A DNA stretch of 44,903 nucleotides from a virus (IMGVR_UViG_2718217885_000015), one strand, 5' to 3'; positions 1 to 11,718 are shown, counted from the first letter of the stretch. The notes: generated from the letters alone by a model not told the origin. Numbers and translations are program-made.

Positions 1-588
1 TTACGTAACGTCAAACGCTCGAATTGATCCCAAATCCTCCAGTGTATTTAACGCATCTTTCATCTCACGCTGACGCTGATAAATCTCATCGTTGCGATCG
101 ACCTGCGCCTGCGCCATCGCTGCAGCCAGCCCCTCAAGTTCCAGCATCGACAGTTTCACCTTCTGATTATCAGCGTCACCCCACACCATAACATCCCGTG
201 CAGTGTAGGATTTCGCCGATATCACCACCGGATAAAGACGGGCTAGTGAGTCGGGGCCTGCGTTCCAGGTGTGACCGTTCCATTCGAACGTGAACGACAG
301 TGCTTCCTGTTCTGTACGCCATGCCTCAATTTCCCGCCTTTTGGCATCCTTTGCCGCTGCAATAAGTTCAGGCGTGACGGTGAACGGGGCGATTTCGCCC
401 CATTTCCCGCTTTGCAGCTCCTGCCAGACATGCTGGCCTGTCGGGGCCATATCATCCTGTATGGCAGTATACAGGGCGAACTCCGTTTCACCTTCAAATA
501 ACACCTCGCAGTCAACCGCACCATTTTCAAGATAATGTGCGTTTCTGATGCCTTTCACCGCTCTGATTTTCATGTCTGATTTCCTCAT
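1..588 (-). CDS. tfa: Tail fibre assembly protein (Tfa-like chaperone)
   Basis: 195-aa ORF immediately downstream of J on the minus strand; its ATG overlaps the J stop by 1 nt (TAATG); size and position match lambda Tfa-type chaperones. Stop codon at 1-3, so complete. Confidence 0.8.
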   Translation of the reverse strand: MRKSDMKIRAVKGIRNAHYLENGAVDCEVLFEGETEFALYTAIQDDMAPTGQHVWQELQSGKWGEIAPFTVTPELIAAAKDAKRREIEAWRTEQEALSFTFEWNGHTWNAGPDSLARLYPVVISAKSYTARDVMVWGDADNQKVKLSMLELEGLAAAMAQAQVDRNDEIYQRQREMKDALNTLEDLGSIRAFDVT

Positions 589-3500
589 TACTCAATGCGT
601 ACAAAAAGACCGATAAAGCCACGCTGAGTACCATAATTGTTACCCAGGCCCGAAAGCGCCGTGTAACGACCGGGGAAGTTGTATTCACCGGCACCGCCAA
701 TCACAACCTGCGGTGAGGATGCGTATGTCCCTGTATCACTAACCTGTGCACTCATGGCCAGAGGACCAAGACGGGAACCCGGCACAGTATCACCGAGTCC
801 CAGAGAAGCATTTTCACCAAAACTTTCTCCCTGATATACCGCCATAATCGGCACACCGACGGCCGGGTATTGGTAATATGAGAACGGACCATTACCGGCG
901 GTTGAGGACATCAGATATGCCAGGGAGTTGCCGTCATACACAATAAGGCTTGATGTTGCATTCCAGCTGTTACCACTGTAGCGATAACGCATACAATGTA
1001 TGCTGTGCTCATCCTCGTAATACTGGTTGTAGTACAGCAGCGTTTTGAATTTACGCGCTGAGTCTGAACCATCGTTATCAGAGGGTGACCACATCACATC
1101 AATGATACCGTTAAATTTCGTGGTGCCCACCAGCAGCGTGGAGGAGTCCGCAATACTGACCGCATAACGCCCCGGGGTGACTGTCTGCAGCCATATAACG
1201 AAATCAGCCTGTCCGTTAAATGACAGAGCTTCGGCGCTGGTGAATGCCTGTCCAAACCCATACATCCCGGACAGGGCCAGCCTGCCCGGTGTGCGGTCAC
1301 GGATATCACTCTGGGGTTCCATCGTCGCAGCCGCGCTCAGCTCAAGCTCCGTGCGCATGGCTTCAGCCGTGTCATGCGCCAGCAATGCGCGGCCCTTCTC
1401 TGACAGCAGAGACAGTGAGGCATTCCCGTCCGTATTGAAGTACAGAAGATTATCTGCCCGTTGCGTCAGTGCGCTGATTGCCGTTAAGACGTCATTAAGC
1501 GGTTGTTTGCCTGCCAGCGCGTTTGTGATTGTCGTCGCAAAGTTCGGGTCATTGCCCAGCGCCGCTGCCAGCTCGTTCAGGGTGTCCAGAACTTCCGGCG
1601 ATGAGCCAACCAGCGCAGCAAGCAGTTTGCGCACAAACGCTGCGTTCGCTGCTTCCAGACCGGCGGCATCATCCGGTGGGGTTGGGGTGGTTGGGGTGCC
1701 GGTGAAGGCCGGGCTGTCCAGTGGCGCTTTTGTTTTCGTCTCGTCCATGACGGTTTTGACAGCCTTTGGCGTGGCAGCCAGTTCCTCGCTGTCGTTGTCC
1801 GTATCACTACACAGTTGCACCAGACCTTTTTCTGTCGTGGAGGCATTTGTTGCATTCAGGTCATCAACTATCTGCTGCGCCTCATCCCTGTACTGTTTCG
1901 CTTCCTGCGCATTGTCTGCACCTGCATCCTGGCTGGCTTTAGCCTGTCGGGCGTATTCAGCGGCGCTGTTTTCATGCCCGAGTGCAGCATTTGCTGCATT
2001 TTCCGCGCTGGTTGCAGCTGATGATGCGGCATTATGATAAAGGCGGGCACGTTCGGCGGCATCGACTGATTCGTCCCGCGCTGTGCCTGATGACTGTGCG
2101 CTGTTTTCTGTCTCCCCGATTTTTTGGGTCACTTCAGCAATATCACTCTCTATCTGCTGATTGATCTCATCCTCCAGTTGCTCAACTTCACTGCGCAATG
2201 CCGAGGCATTAATACGATCGTTCAGCTCCTGCCCCAGCAGGGTGCTGTTTATTTTCCCTTCAAAAAAATTGAGATACACCTCAGCATCGTTACCCGGCTG
2301 GCCAACAGCCTCCACAAATGCCGATTTGCCGACGGTATTCACACTGCGAACGTAAAAATAATAATTATTGCCCGGCTCAATATCCGGTCCGGAGGCTATC
2401 CAGTACAGCGCCGTACCAAGATAGCGGGCTGTGGTTTCAACCTGCCTGATATCGATAATCCGCTTTTCCGATAACCAGAACTCAAACTGTACCGTCGGGT
2501 CATATACAGCCAGTTTCGGGACCGCCGTTATCTGAAAATACCCCGGTATCAGTTCAATAGTGACAGGCGCTGCCGGTGCCGCAATCCGGAACGATACCGA
2601 CGCCGGATCACCCTGCTGCCCCCGGGCATTTACCGCCCGGACCGTCAGCATATAACGCCCCAGCGCCAGTTGTCTGAAGCGGTATGTGGTTTCCGTCGTC
2701 CGGGCTGTGCTGACCAGCCGCTCACTGCCGTCGTCCGCTGCCACGGTCAGGCGAAGCATGAAGCTCACGCCCTTCACCACCTTCGGCGTGTCCCAGCGGG
2801 CCAGTACCTGATACTCCCCGCTGTCTGCGGTGACTTCGGCGGTAAGGTGCTGCACCGCTGGCGGTGTGACACCATTCACCGTGCCGCTCTGGTCGCCGTC
2901 AAAGTGCGCCCCGTTATCCACGATGGCTTCTTTTTCCGGTACATGCTGCACGGCAGTGATGGCATACGTGCCGTCGTCGTTCTCACGGATACTCACGCAG
3001 CGGAACAGGCGCTGGCGCAGCGTCGGCAGCTTCAGCCCCCACACGCTGTATTCGGCAACGCCGTCAGGAACACGGCTCACTTTCACCTTCATGCCGTCGG
3101 TGACGGACTGAACCTCCACGCTGACCGGATTGCCATTTCCGTCAACCAGGCTTATCAGCGTGGTGCCGGAGGATGGCAGCGTGATTTCACGGTCGAGCGT
3201 CAGCGTCCGGGTCTGGCTGTTCACCGCCAGCACACGACCACCGGTGCTGATACCGGCATAGTCATCATCACAGATTTCAATAACATCGCCCGGTACATGG
3301 CGAAGCCCTTCGGCACCCACGCTGAAGTCCACGGTCTGCGTTTCCAGCAGTTCCGTTTTAATCAGCCACAGCCCGGCGCGGTGCGCCTGCCCCCGGCTGG
3401 TACAGCCAAAGGCATCCATCTTCGTGACGTTACGACCGTAACGGGCAATGGCCTGCGTGTCCTCCACAAGCTCTGTTGCCGTCTCCCAGCCGTTGTCCGG

Positions 3501-4715
3501 GTCAATCCAGTTCACCTCAACGGCATTATGGCGGTCCTTCAGGGCGCTGAAGCTGTAGCGGAACGGCGCGCCATCATCCGGCATCACCACATTACTGCGG
3601 TTATAGGTCCACACCTTATCTGATGGTCGGTCCTGCACGAACGTCAGCGTCTGCCCGTTCCATACCGGCATACAGCGCATCGCCGAGCAGAAATCACTGA
3701 GCACATCCCACGCCTTGCGCTGTGTGGTCAGGTACGCATTACAGGTGATGCGCGGCTCCGTGCCGCCAAAACCGTCCGGCACCGACTGATCGCAATGCTG
3801 GCCGATGACATACAGCGCCCATTTGTCCACATCCGCCGCACCAAGACGTTTCCCCATGCCGTAGCGCGGATGGGTCAGCATATCCCACAGACACCAGGCC
3901 GGGTTGTTGCTGTATGCCGGCTTAAACGTTCCGTCCCAGATACCGCTGTATTGCCGCGTCTGCGGGTTATAGTTCGACGGCACCTGCAGAATGCGCCCGC
4001 GCAGATGATAATTACGGCTCACCTGCTGGCTGCCGAACTGCTCCGAATCCACCTGCACGCCGACCAGTGCCGTGTTCGGGTAGCACTGTTTCACATCGAT
4101 GATTTCAGTGTATGACGACCAGAGCGTTTTGTTCTGCAGCTGGTCTGTGGTGCTGTCCGGCGTCATCCTGCGCATCCGTATATTGAACGGGCGCGGCGGC
4201 AGGTTACCCACCACCACCGAGGCCAGATACTGCGAGGTGGTTTTGCCCTTAATGGTGATGTCTTTTTCCGTCACCCAGCCACCATTACGCTGGATCTGAA
4301 CCAGCAGGCGGACTTCCGACGGATTCCGGTCCCCCTTTGAGGTGGTTTCCACCAGTGCCTGCACACCGAAGGTAAAGCGCAGACGGTCAATGTTTGCAGA
4401 TGTGATGGTCCGGGTGATCGGCGTGTCGTATTTCACTTCCGTACCCAGCACCGTCTCGGAACCGGAGGATTCAAATCCCTCCGGCGGTGCCTGCTCCTGC
4501 TCACCTGCCCGGAACACGACCGTGACACCGGAGATGTTGGTATTCCCCTCAGTGTCCAGCACCGGCGTACTGTTCAGCAGCACGCTTTTTAATCCATCCA
4601 CCGGACCTTCAATCGGCCCTTCGCTGATGGCATCAATCACACTCAGTAACTGCGTGGACTTCAGGTTGTCCTTCGCTTCGCGCGGGGTATGCCCCTTACT
4701 GCTGCCTTTACCCAT
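588..4715 (-). CDS. J: Host specificity / central tail fibre protein J, with a side-tail-fibre-like C-terminal region
   Basis: 1375 aa; the first ~800 residues align with lambda J as I recall it (e.g. [21 protein letters not shown]); the C-terminal ~550 aa carry a conserved tail-fibre motif (TEKGLVQL...AATPKAVK...[13 protein letters not shown]) and a Gly/Tyr-rich distal region instead of the lambda J C-terminus. Confidence 0.9.
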   Translation of the reverse strand: MGKGSSKGHTPREAKDNLKSTQLLSVIDAISEGPIEGPVDGLKSVLLNSTPVLDTEGNTNISGVTVVFRAGEQEQAPPEGFESSGSETVLGTEVKYDTPITRTITSANIDRLRFTFGVQALVETTSKGDRNPSEVRLLVQIQRNGGWVTEKDITIKGKTTSQYLASVVVGNLPPRPFNIRMRRMTPDSTTDQLQNKTLWSSYTEIIDVKQCYPNTALVGVQVDSEQFGSQQVSRNYHLRGRILQVPSNYNPQTRQYSGIWDGTFKPAYSNNPAWCLWDMLTHPRYGMGKRLGAADVDKWALYVIGQHCDQSVPDGFGGTEPRITCNAYLTTQRKAWDVLSDFCSAMRCMPVWNGQTLTFVQDRPSDKVWTYNRSNVVMPDDGAPFRYSFSALKDRHNAVEVNWIDPDNGWETATELVEDTQAIARYGRNVTKMDAFGCTSRGQAHRAGLWLIKTELLETQTVDFSVGAEGLRHVPGDVIEICDDDYAGISTGGRVLAVNSQTRTLTLDREITLPSSGTTLISLVDGNGNPVSVEVQSVTDGMKVKVSRVPDGVAEYSVWGLKLPTLRQRLFRCVSIRENDDGTYAITAVQHVPEKEAIVDNGAHFDGDQSGTVNGVTPPAVQHLTAEVTADSGEYQVLARWDTPKVVKGVSFMLRLTVAADDGSERLVSTARTTETTYRFRQLALGRYMLTVRAVNARGQQGDPASVSFRIAAPAAPVTIELIPGYFQITAVPKLAVYDPTVQFEFWLSEKRIIDIRQVETTARYLGTALYWIASGPDIEPGNNYYFYVRSVNTVGKSAFVEAVGQPGNDAEVYLNFFEGKINSTLLGQELNDRINASALRSEVEQLEDEINQQIESDIAEVTQKIGETENSAQSSGTARDESVDAAERARLYHNAASSAATSAENAANAALGHENSAAEYARQAKASQDAGADNAQEAKQYRDEAQQIVDDLNATNASTTEKGLVQLCSDTDNDSEELAATPKAVKTVMDETKTKAPLDSPAFTGTPTTPTPPDDAAGLEAANAAFVRKLLAALVGSSPEVLDTLNELAAALGNDPNFATTITNALAGKQPLNDVLTAISALTQRADNLLYFNTDGNASLSLLSEKGRALLAHDTAEAMRTELELSAAATMEPQSDIRDRTPGRLALSGMYGFGQAFTSAEALSFNGQADFVIWLQTVTPGRYAVSIADSSTLLVGTTKFNGIIDVMWSPSDNDGSDSARKFKTLLYYNQYYEDEHSIHCMRYRYSGNSWNATSSLIVYDGNSLAYLMSSTAGNGPFSYYQYPAVGVPIMAVYQGESFGENASLGLGDTVPGSRLGPLAMSAQVSDTGTYASSPQVVIGGAGEYNFPGRYTALSGLGNNYGTQRGFIGLFVRIE

Positions 4716-4775
4716 TCCTCACGCTCCATAAACGACAAAACCGCCCGCAGGCGGTTTCACATAAAACATTTTGCA

Positions 4776-5447
4776 TCAGCGACCAATCACCACAACCTGA
4801 CCACCGTCCCCCTCGTCTGCCGTGCTGATCTCCTGAGAAGCCACCCGCGACCCCACGCGCATTTCACCGTACAGAACAGGCAGAACATTGCCCTGGGCAA
4901 CCATGTTATCCAGTGAGGAGAAATAGGTGTTCTGCTTACCGTTATCCGTTGTCTGTGTACGGGGAGTTCTGGCTTTCGGTGCCAGCATCTGCGCCACACC
5001 ACCAAGTACCATACTGGCACCGAGAGAAAACAGGATACCGGTCATACCACCGGCCCCAATGGCTGCCCCCCATGCTGCAAGGGTGGCTCCGGCAGTAAAG
5101 AATGATCCGGCAATGGCGGCAGCCCCCAGGACAATCTGGAATACGCCACCTGACTTGGCCCCGGCGACTCTGGGAACAATATGAATCACAGCGCCGTCAG
5201 GCAGAACCTCATGTAACTGCGCCGTCAATCCGGACGTGCTGACGTCCCGCCCGGAAATCCGTACCTGATACCAGCCGTCGCTCAGTTTCTGACGAAACGC
5301 CGGGAGCTGTGTGGCCAGCGCCCGGATGGCTTCGGCCCCCGTTTTCACACGCAGATCGATGCGGCGGCCAAATCGTTGTAAATCCCCGTAAAGGCAGATG
5401 CGTGCCATGCCTGGTGACGCCAGAGGGAGTGTGTGCGTCGCTGCCAT
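4776..5447 (-). CDS. I: Tail assembly protein I
   Basis: 223 aa, near-identical to recalled lambda I (MAATHTLPLASPGMARICLYGDLQRFGRR...); overlaps the 3' end of K as in lambda. Confidence 0.9.
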   Translation of the reverse strand: MAATHTLPLASPGMARICLYGDLQRFGRRIDLRVKTGAEAIRALATQLPAFRQKLSDGWYQVRISGRDVSTSGLTAQLHEVLPDGAVIHIVPRVAGAKSGGVFQIVLGAAAIAGSFFTAGATLAAWGAAIGAGGMTGILFSLGASMVLGGVAQMLAPKARTPRTQTTDNGKQNTYFSSLDNMVAQGNVLPVLYGEMRVGSRVASQEISTADEGDGGQVVVIGR

Positions 5448-6088
5448 TTGTCGGTATACCTCTCTCGTTTGCTCAGTTGTTCAGGAATATGGTGCAGCAG
5501 CTCGCCGTCACCACAGTAAATGGCGGCATGATTCGGCACCGATGAACCAAAGCAGCACAGCAGCACATCGCCCGGTTGTGCTGATGACAACGGCACCTGA
5601 TACAGCCCTGTGGCCTCCAGATTATCCAGATAGAGATTCTGACCTGATTTCCACCAGTCATCATGTCGGTAAAAATCCGGCAAATCGATACCTGCAAGAT
5701 GATAGGCATCGCGGAACAGCGTATAACAGTCTGTCACCCCGTGCTCAAAACGCCGCCCGGTGAGATGCGGCACACAGCGGAACTTATGAATCACTCCCCG
5801 GCAGACCAGCCACCACGGCAAATCACTCTGCACCTGCAGCCGCCTGTCGGCCTCACTCAGCCAGGGCAGACCACCGGGGTGGCTGTGGACCAGCGCCACA
5901 ATCTCACCCTGCATTTCTGCCTGCAGCCAGTCTTCCGGCGACATACGGAAATACGCCTCCGGCTCACCGGAAATATTCACGCAGGGAAAATATCTTTCCC
6001 CCTCCGGCGCTCTCACCACGAAGCCGCACGACTCCGCTGGCGCACATCGCCGGGCGTGCGCCAGAATCGCTGATTCTGTCTGTGTCAT
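5345..6088 (-). CDS. K: Tail assembly protein K (NlpC/P60 and JAB/MPN-like)
   Basis: 247-aa ORF starting MTQTESAILAHARRCAPAESCGFVV, matching recalled lambda K; HSHP motif present. Confidence 0.9.
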   Translation of the reverse strand: MTQTESAILAHARRCAPAESCGFVVRAPEGERYFPCVNISGEPEAYFRMSPEDWLQAEMQGEIVALVHSHPGGLPWLSEADRRLQVQSDLPWWLVCRGVIHKFRCVPHLTGRRFEHGVTDCYTLFRDAYHLAGIDLPDFYRHDDWWKSGQNLYLDNLEATGLYQVPLSSAQPGDVLLCCFGSSVPNHAAIYCGDGELLHHIPEQLSKRERYTDKWQRRTHSLWRHQAWHASAFTGIYNDLAAASICV

Positions 6089-6093
6089 GGGAT

Positions 6094-6792
6094 TTACTGC
6101 GAAAGTTTGTTAATGGAAAGGAAGCCGCCAAAGTTGCCGACGTTATTGCGGAACTTACAACCGCTCAGGCATTTGCTGCATTTATCCTTCGTGATATCGG
6201 ACGTTGGCTGGTCATATTCATCCGCGACAGCCGGACCGCTATAACCGCACTCATCACCGCGATAGGTCCAGGTGCAGGTGTTGGCCAGCATGATACGTCC
6301 CGGAAAAACAGCGCCGTCCGTTTCCGTCGGCGTGGACAGTACAAAGGAGGCACTCACCGCGCTCAGTTCGCTGCACTGCTCGATGCGCCAGCGGCTGATC
6401 ACCTCCTGCTCCGGATCGGCGTCACTGTTTCCGTTGACGAAGTTCACCGCATCCAGAAAACGGGCGTAAACCTTACGCCGGACCACCGTTCCGCCGACCA
6501 GACTCTGCAGATCTTCCGCCATCCCGGTGACCATACCGTACAGGTTAGAAACCGTCAGCGTGGGGCGCGTACTGGTGCCTTTGCCATTCAGTTCAAAACC
6601 ACTCCCCTGAATGGGATACGGCTGATACTGTCGCCCCTGCCAGGTGACCGGCTCACCTTTTTCGTTCTGCTCATTACAGAAAAAATAACGTTCTCCACCG
6701 ACCTCTGTCAGGTCGATTTCCCAGAGCACCACGCTGGCCGACTGCTCCGCACGGGTGCATTCATTCAGTGTTTCCTGCCGGATATCCTGCAT
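6094..6792 (-). CDS. L: Minor tail protein L
   Basis: 232 aa; position between K and M; C-terminal Cys cluster (CSKCLSGCKF) as in lambda L. Confidence 0.9.
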   Translation of the reverse strand: MQDIRQETLNECTRAEQSASVVLWEIDLTEVGGERYFFCNEQNEKGEPVTWQGRQYQPYPIQGSGFELNGKGTSTRPTLTVSNLYGMVTGMAEDLQSLVGGTVVRRKVYARFLDAVNFVNGNSDADPEQEVISRWRIEQCSELSAVSASFVLSTPTETDGAVFPGRIMLANTCTWTYRGDECGYSGPAVADEYDQPTSDITKDKCSKCLSGCKFRNNVGNFGGFLSINKLSQ

Positions 6793-7121
6793 CAGTTCAC
6801 CACCTGTTCAAACTCTGCGCTGAACTCAACACGCAGCATACTGACCCGCGACGACCATTTTGCGCAGGTCACCTTTATCTGCCGCCACTCATAAGGCGGC
6901 GTCCACAGAAAGGCTTTCCAGCCCCCGTGCTCAGCCAGAAACGACTCCAGCGCCGTGGCCTCCTCACGGGAGACAGACAGCGTCACGCTGTACGTTTTCA
7001 GGTCAGCGTTCAGCCCGGCAGGCGCTCGCTGGGAATAGCCATCACCAAAGCGCACTTTCCTGACGGAAGGGGCCGAAACCACATCCATACCGGGTTTCAC
7101 TTTCCAGCGGAAGGTTTTCAT
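6792..7121 (-). CDS. M: Minor tail protein M
   Basis: 109 aa, lambda M-like, between H and L. Confidence 0.9.
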   Translation of the reverse strand: MKTFRWKVKPGMDVVSAPSVRKVRFGDGYSQRAPAGLNADLKTYSVTLSVSREEATALESFLAEHGGWKAFLWTPPYEWRQIKVTCAKWSSRVSMLRVEFSAEFEQVVN

Positions 7122-9697
7122 CGTCCACCTCCGGAGAACAGGCCACCATCACGCATCTGTGTCTGAATTTCATCACGGGCACCCTTGCGGGCCATGTCAT
7201 ACACTGCCTTCATCATCTGTGGACCTGGCAGACCATTCGTACCGTCGTTCTGAATCACCACGTGATTGTTCTGATTAAAATTAATGCCTTCAGCCCGCCG
7301 CATCTGCGCCGGACTTCCGGCACCGCCCACATAACCACCTTCCGCATAGCCCCGCATCAGGCGGTACAGGTTGCCGACACCAATCCGGCTGGTTGCCTCC
7401 TTCGTGAAGACAAATTCACCACGGTGAACAATCCCCGCTGGCTCATATTTGCCGCCGGTTCCTGTGAATCCTCCGGTTGCAAAATGGAATTTCGCCGCAG
7501 CGGCCTGAATGGCTGTACCGCCTGACGCGGATGCGCCACCACCAACAGCCCCGCCAATGGCGCTGCCGATACTCCCGACAATCCCCACCATTGCCTGCTT
7601 AAGCAGAATTTCTGTCATCATGGACAGCACGGAACGGGTGAAGCTGCGCCAGTTCTGCTCACTGCCGGTCAGCATCGCCGCCATATTCTGTGCAATACCA
7701 TCAAAGGTCTGCGTGGCTGCACTTTTTACCTGCGACATACTGTCCGTGGCGCTCTCTTTCCACTCGCTCCAGCCGGACCTGAGGCCTGCCATCCAGCTCC
7801 CGCGAAGCTGGTCTTCAGCCGCCCAGGTCTTTTTCTGCTCTGACATGACGTTATTCAGCGCCAGAGGATTATCGCCATACTGTTCCTTCAGGCGCTGTTC
7901 CGTGGCTTCCCGTTCTGCCTGCCGGTCAGTCAGCCCCCGGCTTTTCGCATCAATGGCGGCCCGTTTTGCCCGTTGCTGCTGTGCGAATTTATCCGCCTGC
8001 TGCGCCAGCGCGTTCAGGCGCTCCTGATACGTAACCTTGTCGCCAAGTGCAGCCAGCTGGCGTTTGTACTCCAGCGTCTCATCTTTATGCGCCAGCAGGG
8101 ATTTCTCCTGTGCAGACAGCTGGCGACGTTGCGCCGCCTCCTCCAGTACCGCGAACTGACTCTCCGCCTTCCACAAATCCCGGCGCTGCTGGCTGATTTT
8201 CTCATTTGCTCCGGCATGCTTCTCCAGCGTCCGGAGTTCTGCCTGAAGCGTCAGCAGGGCAGCATGAGCACTGTCTTCCTGACGATCGCCCGCAGACACC
8301 TTCACGCCGGACTGTTTCGGCTTTTTCAGCGTCGCTTCATAATCCTTTTTCGCCGCCGCCATCAGCGTGTTGTAATCCGCCTGCAGAATTTTCCCGTCTT
8401 TCAGTGCCTTATTCAGCTCTTCCTGACGGGCGGTATATTTCTCCAGTGGCGTCAGCAGGCGCTCATACGCCTTCTGCGCCTCTCCGGTATACTTCAGCTG
8501 TGACGCCTCACGCTCAGCCCGGTCCCTTGCCACCAGTTCACCGGCTTTTTCCATATCCGACTGCAGCGTGGCTGCCGCCAGCCCCAGACGGGCATTTTCA
8601 CGGTCATCCCATGCACCCTGAAGGTTGGCACGGAAAGAGGAGGTCTTTCCCCGGCGCTGACTCCGGCTCTGGTACCACTGCCATTTTTTATCCGCCTCAT
8701 CAAATGCCTTCTGCGCACTGGCGAGCATATCCGCTGAGGATTCAGGACGACCGATATCCAGGATGGCATCCCACATCAATTTGAATGCCTTCCCGGTTTT
8801 ATCCGCCCAGGTTTCCAGCGTCCCCATGTTTTCTTTCAGGCGACGGGTCTGCTCATCAAAGCCTTTTGTGGCGATATCGTTCGCCGCCTGTAAGGCCCCT
8901 GCCTCATCCCCCGAACGCTGCAGCTGCGCAACATACGCAATCTGCTCTGCCGTCACGTTACGGAACTGGCGCGCCATAGCCATCAGTCCCGACGTCGGGT
9001 CGGTGGTCAGCTTTCCAAAAGCCTCTGCAACCTTGTCCACTTCCACACCGGATGCAGAAGCAAAACGCGCCACACTCTGGTTGATGGCATCAAACTGTTC
9101 ACCACCACGCACACCGGCATTCACCAGGGCTGCCAGTGACTCGCTCGCCTGGTTAAACGTCAGCCCTGCTGCCTGTCCGGCTCTGGAGAGCGTCAGCATG
9201 CGATCGGCAGTCAGTCCGGACTGATTACCGGAAAGAACCAGGGTTTTATTAAACGCTGAAAGCGTGGAATCCCCCTGGTACCAGGCATACGCCAGCGCAC
9301 CTGTCGCCACCGCCAGCGAGGTGACCCCGACCATCGGCAGGGTGATCGCACCGGCAAGCCCCCTGAACATGGGGATCATCCCGCCGAAGGCGTCCTTCAC
9401 CTGACCGCCCTGTTGCAGCAGGATCAGCCAGGGATTCTGACCACCGGCAAGCTGCGTGGCGATATCCGTAAACTGTGCAGGCAGGGTACGCATGGCCGCT
9501 TTATACTGCCCGACGGAAATCCCGGCTTTTTGTGCAGCCAGCGCCTGACGGCTCAGGCCCTGTTCAACAGCACTGGCGGTTTTTCTGGCGTCGGTATCCA
9601 GTCCTGAAAAATGACGCCTTACCCGGCTTATCTGCTCATCGAAACGGACCGCATCCAGACTCAGGTCAATAACAAGATCACCAACCGGCTGGGACAT
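7118..9697 (-). CDS. H: Tail tape measure protein H
   Basis: 859 aa, coiled-coil-rich with a Gly-rich C-terminal region; located downstream of G/G-T as in lambda. Confidence 0.9.
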   Translation of the reverse strand: MSQPVGDLVIDLSLDAVRFDEQISRVRRHFSGLDTDARKTASAVEQGLSRQALAAQKAGISVGQYKAAMRTLPAQFTDIATQLAGGQNPWLILLQQGGQVKDAFGGMIPMFRGLAGAITLPMVGVTSLAVATGALAYAWYQGDSTLSAFNKTLVLSGNQSGLTADRMLTLSRAGQAAGLTFNQASESLAALVNAGVRGGEQFDAINQSVARFASASGVEVDKVAEAFGKLTTDPTSGLMAMARQFRNVTAEQIAYVAQLQRSGDEAGALQAANDIATKGFDEQTRRLKENMGTLETWADKTGKAFKLMWDAILDIGRPESSADMLASAQKAFDEADKKWQWYQSRSQRRGKTSSFRANLQGAWDDRENARLGLAAATLQSDMEKAGELVARDRAEREASQLKYTGEAQKAYERLLTPLEKYTARQEELNKALKDGKILQADYNTLMAAAKKDYEATLKKPKQSGVKVSAGDRQEDSAHAALLTLQAELRTLEKHAGANEKISQQRRDLWKAESQFAVLEEAAQRRQLSAQEKSLLAHKDETLEYKRQLAALGDKVTYQERLNALAQQADKFAQQQRAKRAAIDAKSRGLTDRQAEREATEQRLKEQYGDNPLALNNVMSEQKKTWAAEDQLRGSWMAGLRSGWSEWKESATDSMSQVKSAATQTFDGIAQNMAAMLTGSEQNWRSFTRSVLSMMTEILLKQAMVGIVGSIGSAIGGAVGGGASASGGTAIQAAAAKFHFATGGFTGTGGKYEPAGIVHRGEFVFTKEATSRIGVGNLYRLMRGYAEGGYVGGAGSPAQMRRAEGINFNQNNHVVIQNDGTNGLPGPQMMKAVYDMARKGARDEIQTQMRDGGLFSGGGR

Positions 9698-10549
9698 ATC
9701 TCACACCTCCAGGAATCCCCGCTGAAGCCATCATTAATGCGACATCATCCTCACTGACATCCACCACATCCGCAGAAGGTGAAATATCGCCCCCTCCTTC
9801 CCCACCAAACCGGATGCCTCCGGCAAGTCCTGCCGCTTTCTGCATCAGCATTTTTTCCTCATCCGGCATTTCCGTCTGCTCTTCCTCACGCCGGGGGGCA
9901 AGCAGACTGAAGTCCGAGGGATACATATCCGGATCGCAAAAAAACAGGCTGAGTACGGTGTACGTCAACCCGGAAAAATGCATATCCAGTTGGGTATCGT
10001 GAAAATAATGCGTGCGGTAAAAACGGTGCCAGTCGGCATATTCGGTGGATGTCATCCCGGCAAGCATGGCGCGCCAGTCAGGCCTCCCCATCTCACGCGC
10101 CAGTCTGAGGGCAAAATTCAGCTCGCCGTCGAAGACTTTCCCGCAGAAAAATCATCATCAGTAAGCGCATTATTTTTCGCCACTTCGGTGATATCCGTAT
10201 CCACATGAACAGGCTCACTCATCCCGGACAGGCACAACACCACTTCTTCCGCCCGGGCAACGGCATCGGCAGGCCAGGTGGTGAGCACTTCCTGCTCTAT
10301 CTTCATCACGGCCTCATTCATTGACGGTGACTCCGTTTTCTGTGGATGGTTATGCCACAGGGACATCGCCACCAGAAACGCCCCGGTTCTGACAAGGTCT
10401 TCCACGCTCACCTGCAGGTTGCCGCTGACTTCAGCCTCTTCTGCCCGCCGTTTCAGGAGGGCAAGATGCTCAATACGCTGCAGCGCAGACAGCTCAGAAA
10501 GCGTGACAGACACACCGTTATATTCAAATTGTTCTGTTTTCAGAAACAT
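9678..10549 (-). CDS. GT: Tail assembly chaperone G-T fusion, made by programmed -1 ribosomal frameshift
   Basis: The ORF 9678-10091 is in the -1 frame relative to G and in phase with a -1 slip at GGGAAAG (minus-strand positions 10142-10136); I checked the codon phase directly. This is the conserved lambda G/GT arrangement. Confidence 0.75.
10118..10549 (-). CDS. G: Tail assembly chaperone G
   Basis: 143 aa; ends ...FSAGKSSTAS; the slippery heptamer G GGA AAG lies in frame 0 near its 3' end. Confidence 0.9.
   Translation of the reverse strand: MFLKTEQFEYNGVSVTLSELSALQRIEHLALLKRRAEEAEVSGNLQVSVEDLVRTGAFLVAMSLWHNHPQKTESPSMNEAVMKIEQEVLTTWPADAVARAEEVVLCLSGMSEPVHVDTDITEVAKNNALTDDDFSAGKSSTAS
10136..10142 (-). 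other. Programmed -1 frameshift slippery heptamer G GGA AAG
   Basis: Plus strand CTTTCCC at 10136-10142; on the minus strand it reads GGGAAAG with codon phase G GGA AAG in the G frame. Confidence 0.8.
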
Positions 10550-10562
10550 GTATAACCTCCGT

Positions 10563-11315
10563 TTACCCTGCAGCGCCCGCTTCAGTAACGGTGACTTCAG
10601 CTACCGTGGCAAACTGACCATTACCGGAAATCACGGGGATACTCACTTTTCCAGCCTTAACCCCCGTCACAGTGATCACCATATCTTTCACAGCAATGGT
10701 TCCCGTTGACGGATCGGCGGAAACCGCTCTGAACGTCTTGTCGGTTGCACTTTCCGGCTCAAAAGAAACAGTCAGGGTGGTTGCTTTCCCTTTTTCCACG
10801 GTACCGGATGTCGGCGTCACCTTAATTGCAGTGACCGGCGTAATTTCGCTGCGTTCTTCCGCCACGGAGGGTTTGCCCACGTTGGTAACTTTCACTGTTC
10901 GGGTGATCACTTCTTTCGCCGTCACGGCCTTACCGATACTGCTGACCCAGCCACGAAACACATCCACCGTGCCATTCGGAAAACGGATTTTATAGGCCCG
11001 GACATCGCCGCTTTCAAACCAGCCTATAAGCCCTTTCTGGCCTTCCTCTCCCGGTTTCCAGGCCAGCGTAAAACTGGTATCACCCGCAGATTTCTGTCCC
11101 TGCCCGGTCGCGGTCCAGTCCGCGTCTTCATCATCCAGGTAGTTATCATCGTAGGATTCTGCCGTCATCTCGCCGGGTGTCAGATCCTTCACCTTAGCCA
11201 GTCGCTGCCAGTCATCGTCTGACAACGGGTTTGCATAAGCATCACCCGTGCCGGTGTAAACCCACAGTGTGGTACCGGCACCTTTTACCGGCGCCAGGGG
11301 ATTTGGTGTTGCCAT
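10563..11315 (-). CDS. V: Major tail protein V (with C-terminal Ig-like domain)
   Basis: 250 aa, lambda V-like, between U and G. Confidence 0.9.
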   Translation of the reverse strand: MATPNPLAPVKGAGTTLWVYTGTGDAYANPLSDDDWQRLAKVKDLTPGEMTAESYDDNYLDDEDADWTATGQGQKSAGDTSFTLAWKPGEEGQKGLIGWFESGDVRAYKIRFPNGTVDVFRGWVSSIGKAVTAKEVITRTVKVTNVGKPSVAEERSEITPVTAIKVTPTSGTVEKGKATTLTVSFEPESATDKTFRAVSADPSTGTIAVKDMVITVTGVKAGKVSIPVISGNGQFATVAEVTVTEAGAAG

Positions 11316-11322
11316 ATCGTCC

Positions 11323-11718
11323 TCACATCTCGTATGTAATGGAATAAGTCAGATCTGCAGAACTCCACAATGCCATATCGTCATCACGACGATAGTCATA
11401 GCCCTGCGTAACCATCGTGGTAATCATGCCTGCCAGTGCAGGGATCGCCGCCATCGCCGGGTAAATCCGGCTTTCCATCCACTGATCAAGCTCTGAATCC
11501 GGTACCTGTGCCGGTAAAAACACCTCAATATGCAGTGTGGCCCGCCAGGTATCTGCATCCAGCTCTTCACCGGTATACTCTGCATCCGTCAGATAAACCG
11601 CGACCGCGGGAAAATCCTCTTCGTCAAAAACAACGGGGCGACCATCAAACAGCGTCGCCCCGTGTTCATGCTGCTCCAGTGCATCCAGCACTGCAGCACG
11701 GATATCAGTATGTTTCAT
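11323..11718 (-). CDS. U: Tail terminator protein U
   Basis: 131 aa, lambda U-like. Confidence 0.9.
   Translation of the reverse strand: MKHTDIRAAVLDALEQHEHGATLFDGRPVVFDEEDFPAVAVYLTDAEYTGEELDADTWRATLHIEVFLPAQVPDSELDQWMESRIYPAMAAIPALAGMITTMVTQGYDYRRDDDMALWSSADLTYSITYEM

Noticed and set aside
1177-2037. 286-aa plus-strand ORF inside J (and similar long antisense ORFs at 2670-3623, 7509-8027, 8206-8784, 15430-16005, 18593-19267)
   Set aside because: They lie entirely antisense to well-supported lambda-like structural genes, have biased low-complexity composition (Ala/Ser/Arg-rich) and no start context; typical spurious ORFs in GC-rich coding DNA.
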